A DNA stretch of 64,000 bases, from the NCBI GenBank assembly GCA_023404495.1, contig JAEYBE010000033.1:2519-66518 (forward strand). The letters are read 5' to 3'. The notes below the pieces were generated by a model, which saw nothing but the letters and a program-made list of their open reading frames with translations, made no database searches and was not told where the DNA came from. The DNA comes from Actinomycetes bacterium. GTDB taxonomy: Bacteria; Actinomycetota; Thermoleophilia; Solirubrobacterales; JACPNS01. Made by a program: the position numbers and the translations under genes. Below are positions 47,262-58,544 of the stretch, in pieces (the stretch's first letter is position 1; each line of letters begins with the position of its first letter).

Positions 47262-48449
47262 GTGCGCATTCAGCTCTGGAGTTACAACTACGCCCCCGAA
47301 CCGACCGGAATTGGTCCGGTCAGCCGTACCTGGGCTCAGGCGATGAACGAGCTCGGCCACGAAGTCAGCGTCGTCGCCGCCCATCCGCACTACCCGGAAC
47401 CCGTTTGGGGTCGTCACATCCTGCCCACCCGCTCTGACGAAGATGGAATCGAAGTCGTCCGCCTGCCGCTCTGGGTCGGCCGCAAGAGCGCCCTGGCCCG
47501 GATGCGCCAGGACGCGTCGTTTTCGGCCGCACTCGCCGCCTCCTACCCCTTTCTGCCGCGATGCGACGCGCGCGTGGTCGTCTCGCCATGCTTTCCGGCG
47601 CTTTCCTGTGCGATCGCAGCCGGCAAACTCGACCGCAAGCCTTGGCTGCTCTGGATTCAGGACATCCTGCCCGACGGCGCGATCGGCACCGGGCTGGTCG
47701 ATGAGACCAGCACAACGATCCGCCTTTCCCGCAAACTCGAGTCAGCCGCCTACCGCGCGGCGGACAGGATCGCGGTCATCTCCGACCGATTTGAGGCGAA
47801 TCTGCTCGGCAAGGGCGTGCCCTCGCAGCGACTCTGCCGGATCTACAACCCGGCCACACTGCCTTTGGCGTCCGGGCCGCGCGAGTCATTCGCCGCCGAG
47901 CCGACCGTGCTCGTGATGGGCAACATCGGTCACTCGCAGGGACTGGATCGCGTCGTTCGCGAGTTTCAGGAGAGCGAACGGCTCGCCGCGATCGGGGCGC
48001 GGCTGCTGATCACGGGCACCGGCGTGGCGGCCGAGCAAGTGCGAAACGCGATTGCATCGGACCGCGTCGAGATGCTCGGGCTGGTCGACGACGCACGGCT
48101 CAAAGAGCTGCTGGCCACGGCGACTGTCGGCCTCGTCGCCCAGGCCGCGGAACTCCCGGAGTTCAATTTTCCCTCGAAGTTGATGAATTACCTCGCCAGC
48201 GCGTTGCCAACCGTCGGATTCGTGGCAGCGGACTCAGAAGTGTCCGGCGTGCTGGCGGCAACGGGCGCGGGCCTGGCGATCGACAACGCCGCGCCGGGAT
48301 CGCTGGCGGGCGGTCTCGCAGACTTGCTTGAGTCGCCCGTCCGCCTGCATGAAATGTCCGACGCCGCGCACACATTCGCCGCCGAGAACCTCTCGCCGCA
48401 GGCGCTCGCGCGCGCCTTCGAGCGCGAGATTGATGAGATTGCGAAATAG
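47262..48449 (+). CDS. GT4-family glycosyltransferase, WcaI/WbuB-like
   Basis: MRIQLWSYNYAPEPTGIGPV is the characteristic WcaI-type N-terminus. The start is GTG. Confidence 0.85.
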   Translation: MRIQLWSYNYAPEPTGIGPVSRTWAQAMNELGHEVSVVAAHPHYPEPVWGRHILPTRSDEDGIEVVRLPLWVGRKSALARMRQDASFSAALAASYPFLPRCDARVVVSPCFPALSCAIAAGKLDRKPWLLWIQDILPDGAIGTGLVDETSTTIRLSRKLESAAYRAADRIAVISDRFEANLLGKGVPSQRLCRIYNPATLPLASGPRESFAAEPTVLVMGNIGHSQGLDRVVREFQESERLAAIGARLLITGTGVAAEQVRNAIASDRVEMLGLVDDARLKELLATATVGLVAQAAELPEFNFPSKLMNYLASALPTVGFVAADSEVSGVLAATGAGLAIDNAAPGSLAGGLADLLESPVRLHEMSDAAHTFAAENLSPQALARAFEREIDEIAK

Positions 48450-48697
48450 CTCTAGAATCTGACTGCACAAAAATGTGCAATCGCCCCGTCAAAAGGGTGG
48501 CGCAGAAGAAGATTCGGTACTACGATGAGACGACGGACCTACCGGCCGGTCAATCAAGACCGGCAAGTCAAGAGGACATCGGTAGCTAAGTCTCGGCAGT
48601 ACCAAACAATCAACTCAATCCGCACCGAGGACATCGCAGGCCCCAAGAACCTGCGCCAGTTCTGAATCGGACGCCCCAAGGAAGGGCCGAGAGTTAC

Positions 48698-50227
48698 GTG
48701 GAAAGCAATTTGAATCCAGTCGAAGCCCCCAGCCTGCCGCTCAGCGAGCCGCTCAGCCAGCCGCCCGTGGCGCCGCCGGGCACCGTCAGTGAGGTCTACG
48801 GCAACGAACTGATCCTCTTCGATCGCGATCCCGCACGCGTCAGCAAGCGTGCCCGCGCTGCGTCGGACGAGACGTTTCTGCGCCGCGCGATGGCTGTGTC
48901 GGACCTTCTCTCCGCCACGCTGGCGATCGCCCTTACCGGAGTTCTGATCGGGGCACATTCGATCGGCGACCTCAGCTACTTGGCACTGCTCTTCGTGGTG
49001 CCGCTGATGAAGGTGCTCGGCCTCTACGACCGCGACGCCAACCTGCTGCACAAGACCACGCTTGAAGACATGCCGCAGATCGCCGCCTCGGCGATGGCGC
49101 TGACGATGATCGCCGTCTCGCTGCCCGGCCTTTTGGGTTCTCAGCCGGTCCTGATCGACACGATCACGCTGCCGGTGATGATCCTCACGATGACCGTGCT
49201 GCTGACACTTTCACGCCGGGTCACCCGAGCGATCGTCACGGCGATGGCTCCTGAAGAGCGCCTGCTGCTGATCAGCGGCGCCGAGGACGCCGAACGCCTC
49301 GACCACCGGCTCGAACGCAGCGCGACGATCAAGGCCAGCGTTGTGGCACGAATCCCGGTCAGCTTCACCGAACTTCCCCACGGCCCGGCCCGCGTGCTGA
49401 GCAACCGTGCTCAGCTCGAACGCATCGTCAAGGACCAGCAGATCTCGCGCATCGTGATCATGCCGGGTGAGCGTCACTCCGACGAAGTCGGCGATGTCAT
49501 TCGCACCGTGCGCAGCATTGAGGTCAAGCTCAACGTTCTTCCGAGTGCCGGCGACGCGATCGGCGCCACCACGCTGATCGACGACGTTGCAGGCCTGCAG
49601 ATGATTGCGGTCAGCGACCACACGATGTCTGCTTCGTCACGCATGGTCAAGCGCGGCCTCGACCTCGTCGGCGCAGGCGTTGGCCTCCTGCTGATTTCGC
49701 CGTTCCTGCTGGCCACCGCGCTCGCGATCAAGCTCGACTCGCGCGGACCGGTGTTCTTCAAGCAGCGCCGGATCGGCCGCGACGGCAAGCCGTTCGAGAT
49801 GATCAAGTTCCGCTCGATGGTGCAGAACGCCGACGCGATGAAGGCCGACCTCGCACACCTCTCGGTGACTGACGACTTCTTCAAGATCGACGATGACCCG
49901 CGGATCACCCGCGTCGGTTCATTCATCCGCAAGACGTCGATCGATGAGCTCCCACAGCTGATCAACGTTCTGCGCGGCGACATGAGCCTCGTCGGACCGC
50001 GCCCGCTGGTTCCCGAGGAAGATGGAGCGATCTCCGGTTGGTACCGCCGACGCAGCCAGATCACCCCGGGAATCACCGGCGTCTGGCAGCTGCTTGGCAG
50101 CGTGCGCATCCCGCTTGAGGAGATGGCGAAGCTCGACTACATGTACGTGGCCAACTGGTCGCTTTGGTCGGACGTCAAGATCCTCGTGCGCACGGTTGTC
50201 CACGTGCTCGGCCGCCGCGGCCTCTAG
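48698..50227 (+). CDS. polyprenyl-phosphate glycosyl-1-phosphate transferase (bacterial sugar transferase, WbaP/EpsB-like priming enzyme)
   Basis: KRGLDLVGAGVGLLLISPFLL..DSRGPVFFKQRRIGRDGKPFEMIKFRSM..DELPQLINVLRGDMSLVGPRP. Confidence 0.9.
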   Translation: MESNLNPVEAPSLPLSEPLSQPPVAPPGTVSEVYGNELILFDRDPARVSKRARAASDETFLRRAMAVSDLLSATLAIALTGVLIGAHSIGDLSYLALLFVVPLMKVLGLYDRDANLLHKTTLEDMPQIAASAMALTMIAVSLPGLLGSQPVLIDTITLPVMILTMTVLLTLSRRVTRAIVTAMAPEERLLLISGAEDAERLDHRLERSATIKASVVARIPVSFTELPHGPARVLSNRAQLERIVKDQQISRIVIMPGERHSDEVGDVIRTVRSIEVKLNVLPSAGDAIGATTLIDDVAGLQMIAVSDHTMSASSRMVKRGLDLVGAGVGLLLISPFLLATALAIKLDSRGPVFFKQRRIGRDGKPFEMIKFRSMVQNADAMKADLAHLSVTDDFFKIDDDPRITRVGSFIRKTSIDELPQLINVLRGDMSLVGPRPLVPEEDGAISGWYRRRSQITPGITGVWQLLGSVRIPLEEMAKLDYMYVANWSLWSDVKILVRTVVHVLGRRGL

Positions 50228-50240
50228 CCAGCTCGCGCGA

Positions 50241-51680
50241 CTAGTAAGCCGAAGAGAACGCCCGCGCGATCGCCGCGCGCACACTGGCAAGTCCCTGGCC
50301 TTGATCGCTGGGGACGAGCGTCGACGTCAGGCCGAACTTGACGGCCTCGGCAACCCGTCGGTCGGCCTGCTGAACGCTGCGCAGCTCGCCGGTGAGGCCG
50401 ATCTCGCCGAAGCAGGCCAGCGGAACGGATGCGCCGCCAGATGATTTCGCGGTGAGCGCAGTCCCCTTGGCGGCCGAAGCCACGGCGAGCGCGATCGCAA
50501 GGTCCGCCGCTGGCTCGTCGATGCGGACGCCCCCGACGACGTTGATGAAGACGTCTTTGTCGCCCAGCGCGATGCCGGCGTGCCTTGCCAGCACCGCGAG
50601 GATCAGCGAGAGCCGGTTGCGGTCGATCCCGTTGGCCAGCCGCCTCGGCGGGACGATCTCCGAGTCCGAGACGAGCGCCTGGATCTCGACGAGCATCGGG
50701 CGCGTGCCCTCGATCGCGCAGAAGACCACCGAGCCGGGGTTGCAAGTGGCGTCGCCGACAAAGCGCGCCGACGCGTCCTTGACCTCAATGAGCCCGTGCT
50801 CGCCCATCTCAAAAACGCCGAGCTCGTCGACAGAGCCGAACCGGTTCTTGGACGCCCGCAGCATGCGGAACGTTCGCTCGCGCTCGCCTTCGAAGTGCAG
50901 AACGCAGTCGACGAGGTGCTCAAGCACGCGCGGGCCGGCCAGTGAGCCCTCTTTGGTGACGTGTCCGACCAGCACGATCGCGATCTCTCGCGACTTTGCG
51001 AGCTGCATCAACCTGCCGGCGACCTCACGGACCTGTCCGACACTCCCGGGTGCGCCAGCAAGCTCGGAGCTGTAGAGCGTTTGGACCGAATCGATCACGC
51101 AGACCGCCGGCTTTGTCTGCTGGGCTTCGATCGTTGCGATCACCGCGTCGATGTCGGTCTCGGCGATCACCGGCACGCGCAGTGCGTCGTCGCCGAGGCG
51201 TTCGTGGCGGACGCGGATCTGCTCCGGGGACTCCTCGCCCGACACGTAGAGAACTGGAACTTCCGCGCGCGCGAGGTTGCCGAGTGCCGAGCCGACCAGC
51301 GTCGACTTGCCGATGCCCGGTGCGCCGCCGAGCAGCACCAGCGACCCCGGCACGATCCCAAGGCCCGAGCGTTCGCCGCCGCCCAGCACCCTGTCGAGCT
51401 CGGCGATCCCGGTGGCGATGCGGCGGATCCGGGCGGCACGCACCTCGCTGAGGATGATCGGCTCGGCGATCGGAGTGGACGAAGTGGCACGCAGCTCGCG
51501 CGGCTCGGACACGCCGCCGATGCCGCGTCTTGCGCCCTTGCCCGTGCTTGGCGCCGCCTGGGACTGTTCGGTCAGCGAATTCCAGGCGCCACAACCCGGA
51601 CACTGGCCATGCCACTTGCGCTCAACCGTGCCGCAGTCGTCGCAGACAAATACCGATGATGGACTCTTGACGCTGGCCAT
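50241..51680 (-). CDS. radA: DNA repair protein RadA/Sms
   Basis: It has a zinc ribbon (CDDCGTVERKWHGQCPGCGAWN), Walker A (GAPGIGKST), KNRFG and a Lon-like C-terminal domain. Confidence 0.95.
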   Translation of the reverse strand: MASVKSPSSVFVCDDCGTVERKWHGQCPGCGAWNSLTEQSQAAPSTGKGARRGIGGVSEPRELRATSSTPIAEPIILSEVRAARIRRIATGIAELDRVLGGGERSGLGIVPGSLVLLGGAPGIGKSTLVGSALGNLARAEVPVLYVSGEESPEQIRVRHERLGDDALRVPVIAETDIDAVIATIEAQQTKPAVCVIDSVQTLYSSELAGAPGSVGQVREVAGRLMQLAKSREIAIVLVGHVTKEGSLAGPRVLEHLVDCVLHFEGERERTFRMLRASKNRFGSVDELGVFEMGEHGLIEVKDASARFVGDATCNPGSVVFCAIEGTRPMLVEIQALVSDSEIVPPRRLANGIDRNRLSLILAVLARHAGIALGDKDVFINVVGGVRIDEPAADLAIALAVASAAKGTALTAKSSGGASVPLACFGEIGLTGELRSVQQADRRVAEAVKFGLTSTLVPSDQGQGLASVRAAIARAFSSAY

Positions 51681-51723
51681 GGACAGAACATATGTTCGCC
51701 CACGGACGGAAGGTTCCTGCGGC

Positions 51724-52305
51724 TCAGTCGGACGCGGAGTCCGGAGCCAGCGCCATCACTTTGGTGCGGGCGGCGCTGATCACCGTTGCGTCGTCGGCCG
51801 CGTCCTCGGTGAGCATCGCGTTGGGGCCGATCTTCACGCGGTCGCCGACGGTCAGCGGTCCGAGCACCTTCGCGCTCGCGCCGACGATCACGTCGTCGCC
51901 GATCTCCACGCACTGGCCGTCCGGGTCGCCGTCGACGTCGAGCCAGCCGATCGTGACCGACGGTCCGACAACGGTGAGGTTCTTCCCGGCGACCATGTTC
52001 GGCGCGAGGATCACGGCCTGCGGGTGCATGATCACGAAACCGGGTCCGAACTTCGCGGCGGCCGGCAGCTGCACGCCGGTCAGCAGCGTGTTCAGCCGGT
52101 CGAGCAACAGCGCCAGGTAGCGCGCCGGAAACGGCAGGCCACGCACGAAACTGGAAAGCCGGTAGATGCCCACAGCAAGGACGCCGGCGTTGAACACCAG
52201 CATCACCGGGATGTAGGCCCAGAACTTCCAGCCCGACAGCTCGCCGCCGTAGCGCAGGCGCATCGGCTTCGTGCGCAGGATCGCGCGAACGTCATCGAGA
52301 AACAT
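51724..52305 (-). CDS. serine O-acetyltransferase-like hexapeptide transferase
   Basis: GVQLPAAAKFGPGFVIMHPQAVILAPNMVAGKNLTVVGPSVTIG..IGDDVIVGASAKVLGPLTVGDRVKIGPNA. The start is set at ATG 52305. The 110-aa R/S-rich extension in the track is discounted. Confidence 0.7.
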   Translation of the reverse strand: MFLDDVRAILRTKPMRLRYGGELSGWKFWAYIPVMLVFNAGVLAVGIYRLSSFVRGLPFPARYLALLLDRLNTLLTGVQLPAAAKFGPGFVIMHPQAVILAPNMVAGKNLTVVGPSVTIGWLDVDGDPDGQCVEIGDDVIVGASAKVLGPLTVGDRVKIGPNAMLTEDAADDATVISAARTKVMALAPDSASD

Positions 52306-52330
52306 CACGCCCGAAGTATGGCGAACGCGA

Positions 52331-54961
<2,631 letters not shown>

Positions 54962-55214
54962 TCCTTAGCTCCTAACTGCCAAACCCTCCTCACGGAGGGG
55001 TGTCTGCCGAGTCTCGCGCCGGACCCCTCGCGACGGCTCTTGGCTATGGGTATCGGCCGCTTTGGGGTGAATCACCAGACACACCTGATGCTTCTTAATG
55101 CGGTCGAAAGACGGCTTGCCGGTTCGAGAGTGATCCTAACAGTGGCTCGGACGGCGGCAGCCGCTCGATCCGCTTCGACCGGAGCGATCAGGCACGGGCC
55201 TTATATTAGTTTCT

Positions 55215-55226
55215 ACTTACGTAAGT
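55215..55226. promoter_or_regulatory. perfect 12-bp palindrome upstream of the ArsR-family gene (candidate operator)
   Basis: ACTTACGTAAGT lies 20 nt upstream of ATG 55246 in an AT-richer patch. Confidence 0.4.
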
Positions 55227-55245
55227 GCTTGCTAACATACTGGGC

Positions 55246-55572
55246 ATGCAAACCGCATTCGAAGCCCTCGCAGAACCGCGCAGGCGCAAGATCCTCGAAC
55301 TCGTACGAGACCACGAACTGCCGGCGGGAGAGATTGCCGTCAGCTTTTCCGACGTCTCGCGCCCGGCCATTTCGCAACACCTGAAGGTGTTGCGAGAGGC
55401 CGGCTTGGTCAACGAGCGCAGATCAGGCACGAGTCGGCTCTACAGCGCTCGCCCGGAGGGTCTTGAGGATCTTCGGGAGTTCGTCCAGAGCTTCTGGAAC
55501 ACCAAGCTCGACGATCTGGCGCGCCTTGCCGAGGCGGCGGAGGCGACAAAAGCCCAAAAGGAGAAGCAATGA
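55246..55572 (+). CDS. ArsR/SmtB-family transcriptional regulator
   Basis: FEALAEPRRRKILELV..ELPAGEIAVSFSDVSRPAISQHLKVLREAGLV. Confidence 0.85.
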   Translation: MQTAFEALAEPRRRKILELVRDHELPAGEIAVSFSDVSRPAISQHLKVLREAGLVNERRSGTSRLYSARPEGLEDLREFVQSFWNTKLDDLARLAEAAEATKAQKEKQ

Positions 55573-56018
55573 CCAATTCAACGACCGAAACCGAGACGAT
55601 CGTCGTCGAACGACTGATCGACGCCTCCCAGGAGACGCTTTTCGCCTACTGGACCGAGTCGGACAAAATCACCCAATGGCTGGCCAAGGAGGCCGACCTT
55701 GATCCCCGGCCCGGTGGCAACGCGAACCTTGTGATGGGCGGTCACGTCAAACCCGGCACAAGGTTCAGCGGTGAGAATCGATTCCTAGTCGTCGAGCCGC
55801 ACAGTCACGTGGAGTTCACGTGGGGCTTCGACGATGAAGCTGTCGGCGTCCCGCCCGGTTCGAGCATCGTCGCTGTCGACTTGATCCCGCAGGAGAAAGG
55901 CACGCTGGTGCGAGTCTCGCACCGCGACCTGCCAGCAGGGCGCGATCAATCGCCCTACAGCGAGCGCAAGGGCTGGAACGCCATGCTCGAACACCTCGAG
56001 GAAGCCGTCACGGCGTAG
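55569..56018 (+). CDS. SRPBCC-superfamily (AHSA1/START-like) protein
   Basis: IVVERLIDASQETLFAYWTESDKITQW..VEFTWGF is coupled (ATGA) to the ArsR gene, a common pairing. Confidence 0.8.
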   Translation: MTNSTTETETIVVERLIDASQETLFAYWTESDKITQWLAKEADLDPRPGGNANLVMGGHVKPGTRFSGENRFLVVEPHSHVEFTWGFDDEAVGVPPGSSIVAVDLIPQEKGTLVRVSHRDLPAGRDQSPYSERKGWNAMLEHLEEAVTA

Positions 56019-56022
56019 TCGT

Positions 56023-57492
56023 TCAATCCCGCATCGCCGGGAAGAGCACAACCTCACGAATGGCGTGCCGCCCACTGAGCAGCATGACGAGTCGGTCGAT
56101 GCCGATTCCGAGGCCGCCGGTGGGCGGCATTCCGTGTTCCAGGGCCTGCAAGAAGGCCTCGTCAAACGGCTGCGTCTCATCGTCTCCCTCAGCCGCCAGT
56201 CGCATCTGCGCCTCGAAGCGCTCGCGCTGGACCTGCGGGTCGTTCAACTCTGAGAACGCGTTGCCGAACTCCATCCCCTGGGCAAAGACCTCAAACCGCT
56301 CTGTGAGTCCCGGCTTCTCGCGGTGCTCCTTGGCAAACGGCGAAAGCTCAACCGGGTAGTCGGTGATGAACGTCGGGTGGATCAGCTTTGGCTCGACGTG
56401 TTTTGAGACCAGCTCATCGACCAGCTGCGGCCACGTCTCATCCGGCGGCGAGTCGTGGAATCCCTTCTCCACCATCGCAGCGGCCAGCGCATCGCGGTCG
56501 CGCAGCGCCTCGACGTCGATCCCGGTCTGCTCCTTGACCGCATCGCCCAGTGGGATCCGCGGCCACGGTGCCGCAAAGTTCAGTTCGCCTTCGTAGCCGA
56601 CTTCGTCGGCAAGCCAGGAGACGAGCTGCTCGACCATGTCCATCACGTGGTTGTAGTCCGCGTAGGCCTCGTAGGTCTCGAGCATCGTGAACTCGGGATT
56701 GTGCTTGTGGCTGATCCCCTCGTTGCGGAAGTCTTTGCCGAGCTCATAGACCTTCTCCAGGCCGCCGACGATCAGGCGCTTCAGGTAGAGCTCCGTGGCG
56801 ATGCGCAGATAGAACTCACGGTCGAGCGCGTTGTGGTGGGTCGTGAAAGGACGTGCCAGAGCGCCGCCATAAATCGGTTGCAGCACCGGGGTCTCGACCT
56901 CAAGGAATCCTCGGTCGTCGAGCCAGCGGCGTACCAACGAGATCACCTTCGAGCGCAGAATGAAAAGCTCGCGCGCCTCTTCGTTGGCGATCAGATCAAG
57001 CTCGCGGTGGCGATAACGGGTCTCAACGTCGGCAAGTCCGTGGTGCTTGTCCGGCGGCGGCCGGAGCGACTTGGCGAGCAACGTCCAGCCGGTCGCTGCG
57101 AGCGAGAGCTCGCCGCGCTTGGTCACGAACGCCGTGCCGTCGATCCCGATCAGGTCGCCGAGGTCCAAGGAGACGAGTTGCTCGAAGCTCTCCTCGCCGA
57201 GCAGGTCGGCGCGCGCATGGACCTGCATGCGTCCGCTGCGGTCGACGACATCAAGAAACGCGGCCTTGCCGTGTCCGCGGCGGGCCGAGAGCCGGCCGGC
57301 GATGCGGTAACTGACGTTGGTCTCGGCGCCGGCCTCCAGATCGGTGTGATTTGCGCGCACTTCCTGGGACGGCACGACACCCGGGAATTCGTGCGGGAAT
57401 GGCTCGATGCCGGCTTCACGCAGTCGCGCGAGCTTCGCCTTGCGCTCGGCGATCAGCTCGTGTTCGTTCTGGGTCTCGGGTGCTTCGGACAT
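56023..57492 (-). CDS. lysS: lysine--tRNA ligase (class II)
   Basis: NEHELIAERKAKLARLRE..FLEVETPVLQ..FRNEGIS.KHNPEFTMLE..GGLGIGIDRLVMLL. The start is set at ATG 57492. Confidence 0.95.
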   Translation of the reverse strand: MSEAPETQNEHELIAERKAKLARLREAGIEPFPHEFPGVVPSQEVRANHTDLEAGAETNVSYRIAGRLSARRGHGKAAFLDVVDRSGRMQVHARADLLGEESFEQLVSLDLGDLIGIDGTAFVTKRGELSLAATGWTLLAKSLRPPPDKHHGLADVETRYRHRELDLIANEEARELFILRSKVISLVRRWLDDRGFLEVETPVLQPIYGGALARPFTTHHNALDREFYLRIATELYLKRLIVGGLEKVYELGKDFRNEGISHKHNPEFTMLETYEAYADYNHVMDMVEQLVSWLADEVGYEGELNFAAPWPRIPLGDAVKEQTGIDVEALRDRDALAAAMVEKGFHDSPPDETWPQLVDELVSKHVEPKLIHPTFITDYPVELSPFAKEHREKPGLTERFEVFAQGMEFGNAFSELNDPQVQRERFEAQMRLAAEGDDETQPFDEAFLQALEHGMPPTGGLGIGIDRLVMLLSGRHAIREVVLFPAMRD

Positions 57493-57519
57493 TGCGGGAT
57501 GGGAGACTACTCTGGCCGC

Positions 57520-57996
57520 ATGGCCGTGCGCGGGACTCTCGTCACGAATACCGATTGGGCCGAATGCGCGCCAAGCGACGCTTGGAACGCGATCATCCCC
57601 TGCGATCTGACCCGCTTTTTCACCGGCATGGGTCCGCTCGTCCCGGCGATCACTTCCGTGACCGACCAGACCGGCGACTGGGACCAAGCCGGCCAAACGC
57701 GCAGCATCCACCTCGCCGACGGCTCGAGTGTTGCCGAGCGCATCGACGCCGTCGACCGGCCGCACACCTTCAACTACACAGTGGGTCCGTTCTCCGGACC
57801 AATCGGAAAGCTTGTCGAGCACGCCTCGGGCGAATTCGTCTTTGAGGAACTCGGCGGCGGCACAAGTGTGCGCTGGAGCTACGACTGGAAACCCAGGCCC
57901 GGCGCGCGAGTGATCGTCCTGCTGCTTGCGCGCCTCTGGAACGCCTACGCCAAGCGGGTGCTGACGCGGCTGGCGATCGACGCGAGCGGAGGCTAA
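57520..57996 (+). CDS. SRPBCC-family (polyketide cyclase/dehydrase-like) protein
   Basis: The 158-aa C-terminal part of the track ORF begins at ATG 57520. The upstream 355 codons are antisense to lysS. Confidence 0.6.
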   Translation: MAVRGTLVTNTDWAECAPSDAWNAIIPCDLTRFFTGMGPLVPAITSVTDQTGDWDQAGQTRSIHLADGSSVAERIDAVDRPHTFNYTVGPFSGPIGKLVEHASGEFVFEELGGGTSVRWSYDWKPRPGARVIVLLLARLWNAYAKRVLTRLAIDASGG

Positions 57997-58469
57997 GCCT
58001 CGATCTTGGTGATCTTCAGCTGACGCTGAGGACCGCGCGGAACCGGCACCTTGACGATGTCGTTGCGCTTGTGGCCGATCAGGGCCTTGCCGATCGGGGA
58101 CTCGTTCGAGAGCTTGCCTCCGAGCGGGTCGGCCTCGGAGGAGCCGACAATCTTGTACTTGACCGACTTGCTCGTCTTCTGGTCCTTCAGGTGCACGGTG
58201 GTGCCGACCTGGACGACGTCGGTCTCAAGCTGCGCCTCGTCGATGATCTTCGCGTCGCGCAGCTTCTCTTCGAGCGACGCAATTCGCGCCTCGAGCATGG
58301 CCTGGTCGTTCTTGGCCGAGTCGTACTCAGCGTTTTCGGCGATGTCACCGAAGTCGCGGGCCTCCTTGATGCGCTCGGCGATCTCGCGCCGTCCACGCAC
58401 CGAAAGGTCCTCAATTTCGACCTTGAGCTTGTCGTAGCCCTCTTGTGTGAGCATGTGTTCTTTGGCCAT
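57993..58469 (-). CDS. greA: transcription elongation factor GreA
   Basis: LTQEGYDKLKVEIEDL..REIAERIKEARDFGDIAENAEYDSAKNDQ. Confidence 0.95.
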   Translation of the reverse strand: MAKEHMLTQEGYDKLKVEIEDLSVRGRREIAERIKEARDFGDIAENAEYDSAKNDQAMLEARIASLEEKLRDAKIIDEAQLETDVVQVGTTVHLKDQKTSKSVKYKIVGSSEADPLGGKLSNESPIGKALIGHKRNDIVKVPVPRGPQRQLKITKIEA

Positions 58470-58544
58470 TGGAGCGCGCGAGTATACAGATCGGACCGCA
58501 GTCCGGAGTTACTTGAAAGTCACTCGCCGTTTTCGCGCGCGCAA

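Noticed and set aside
48580-48586. ops/JUMPstart-like CGGTAGC in the priming-transferase leader
   Set aside because: Only 7 nt of the 12-nt GGCGGTAGnnTG element match. RfaH/ops is a proteobacterial system, and a 7-mer is expected by chance in 64 kb.
54962-55200. Search for ClgR-, CtsR- or CIRCE-type operators upstream of clpC
   Set aside because: I could not find a convincing match to any of these consensus sites by eye. Only a short CCCTCC-N4-GGAGGG repeat near the RBS was seen, which is too weak to call.
56455-57519. N-terminal 355 codons of the 513-aa plus-strand ORF
   Set aside because: It is antisense to lysS. Only the C-terminal SRPBCC-like part from ATG 57520 lies in otherwise unoccupied DNA.
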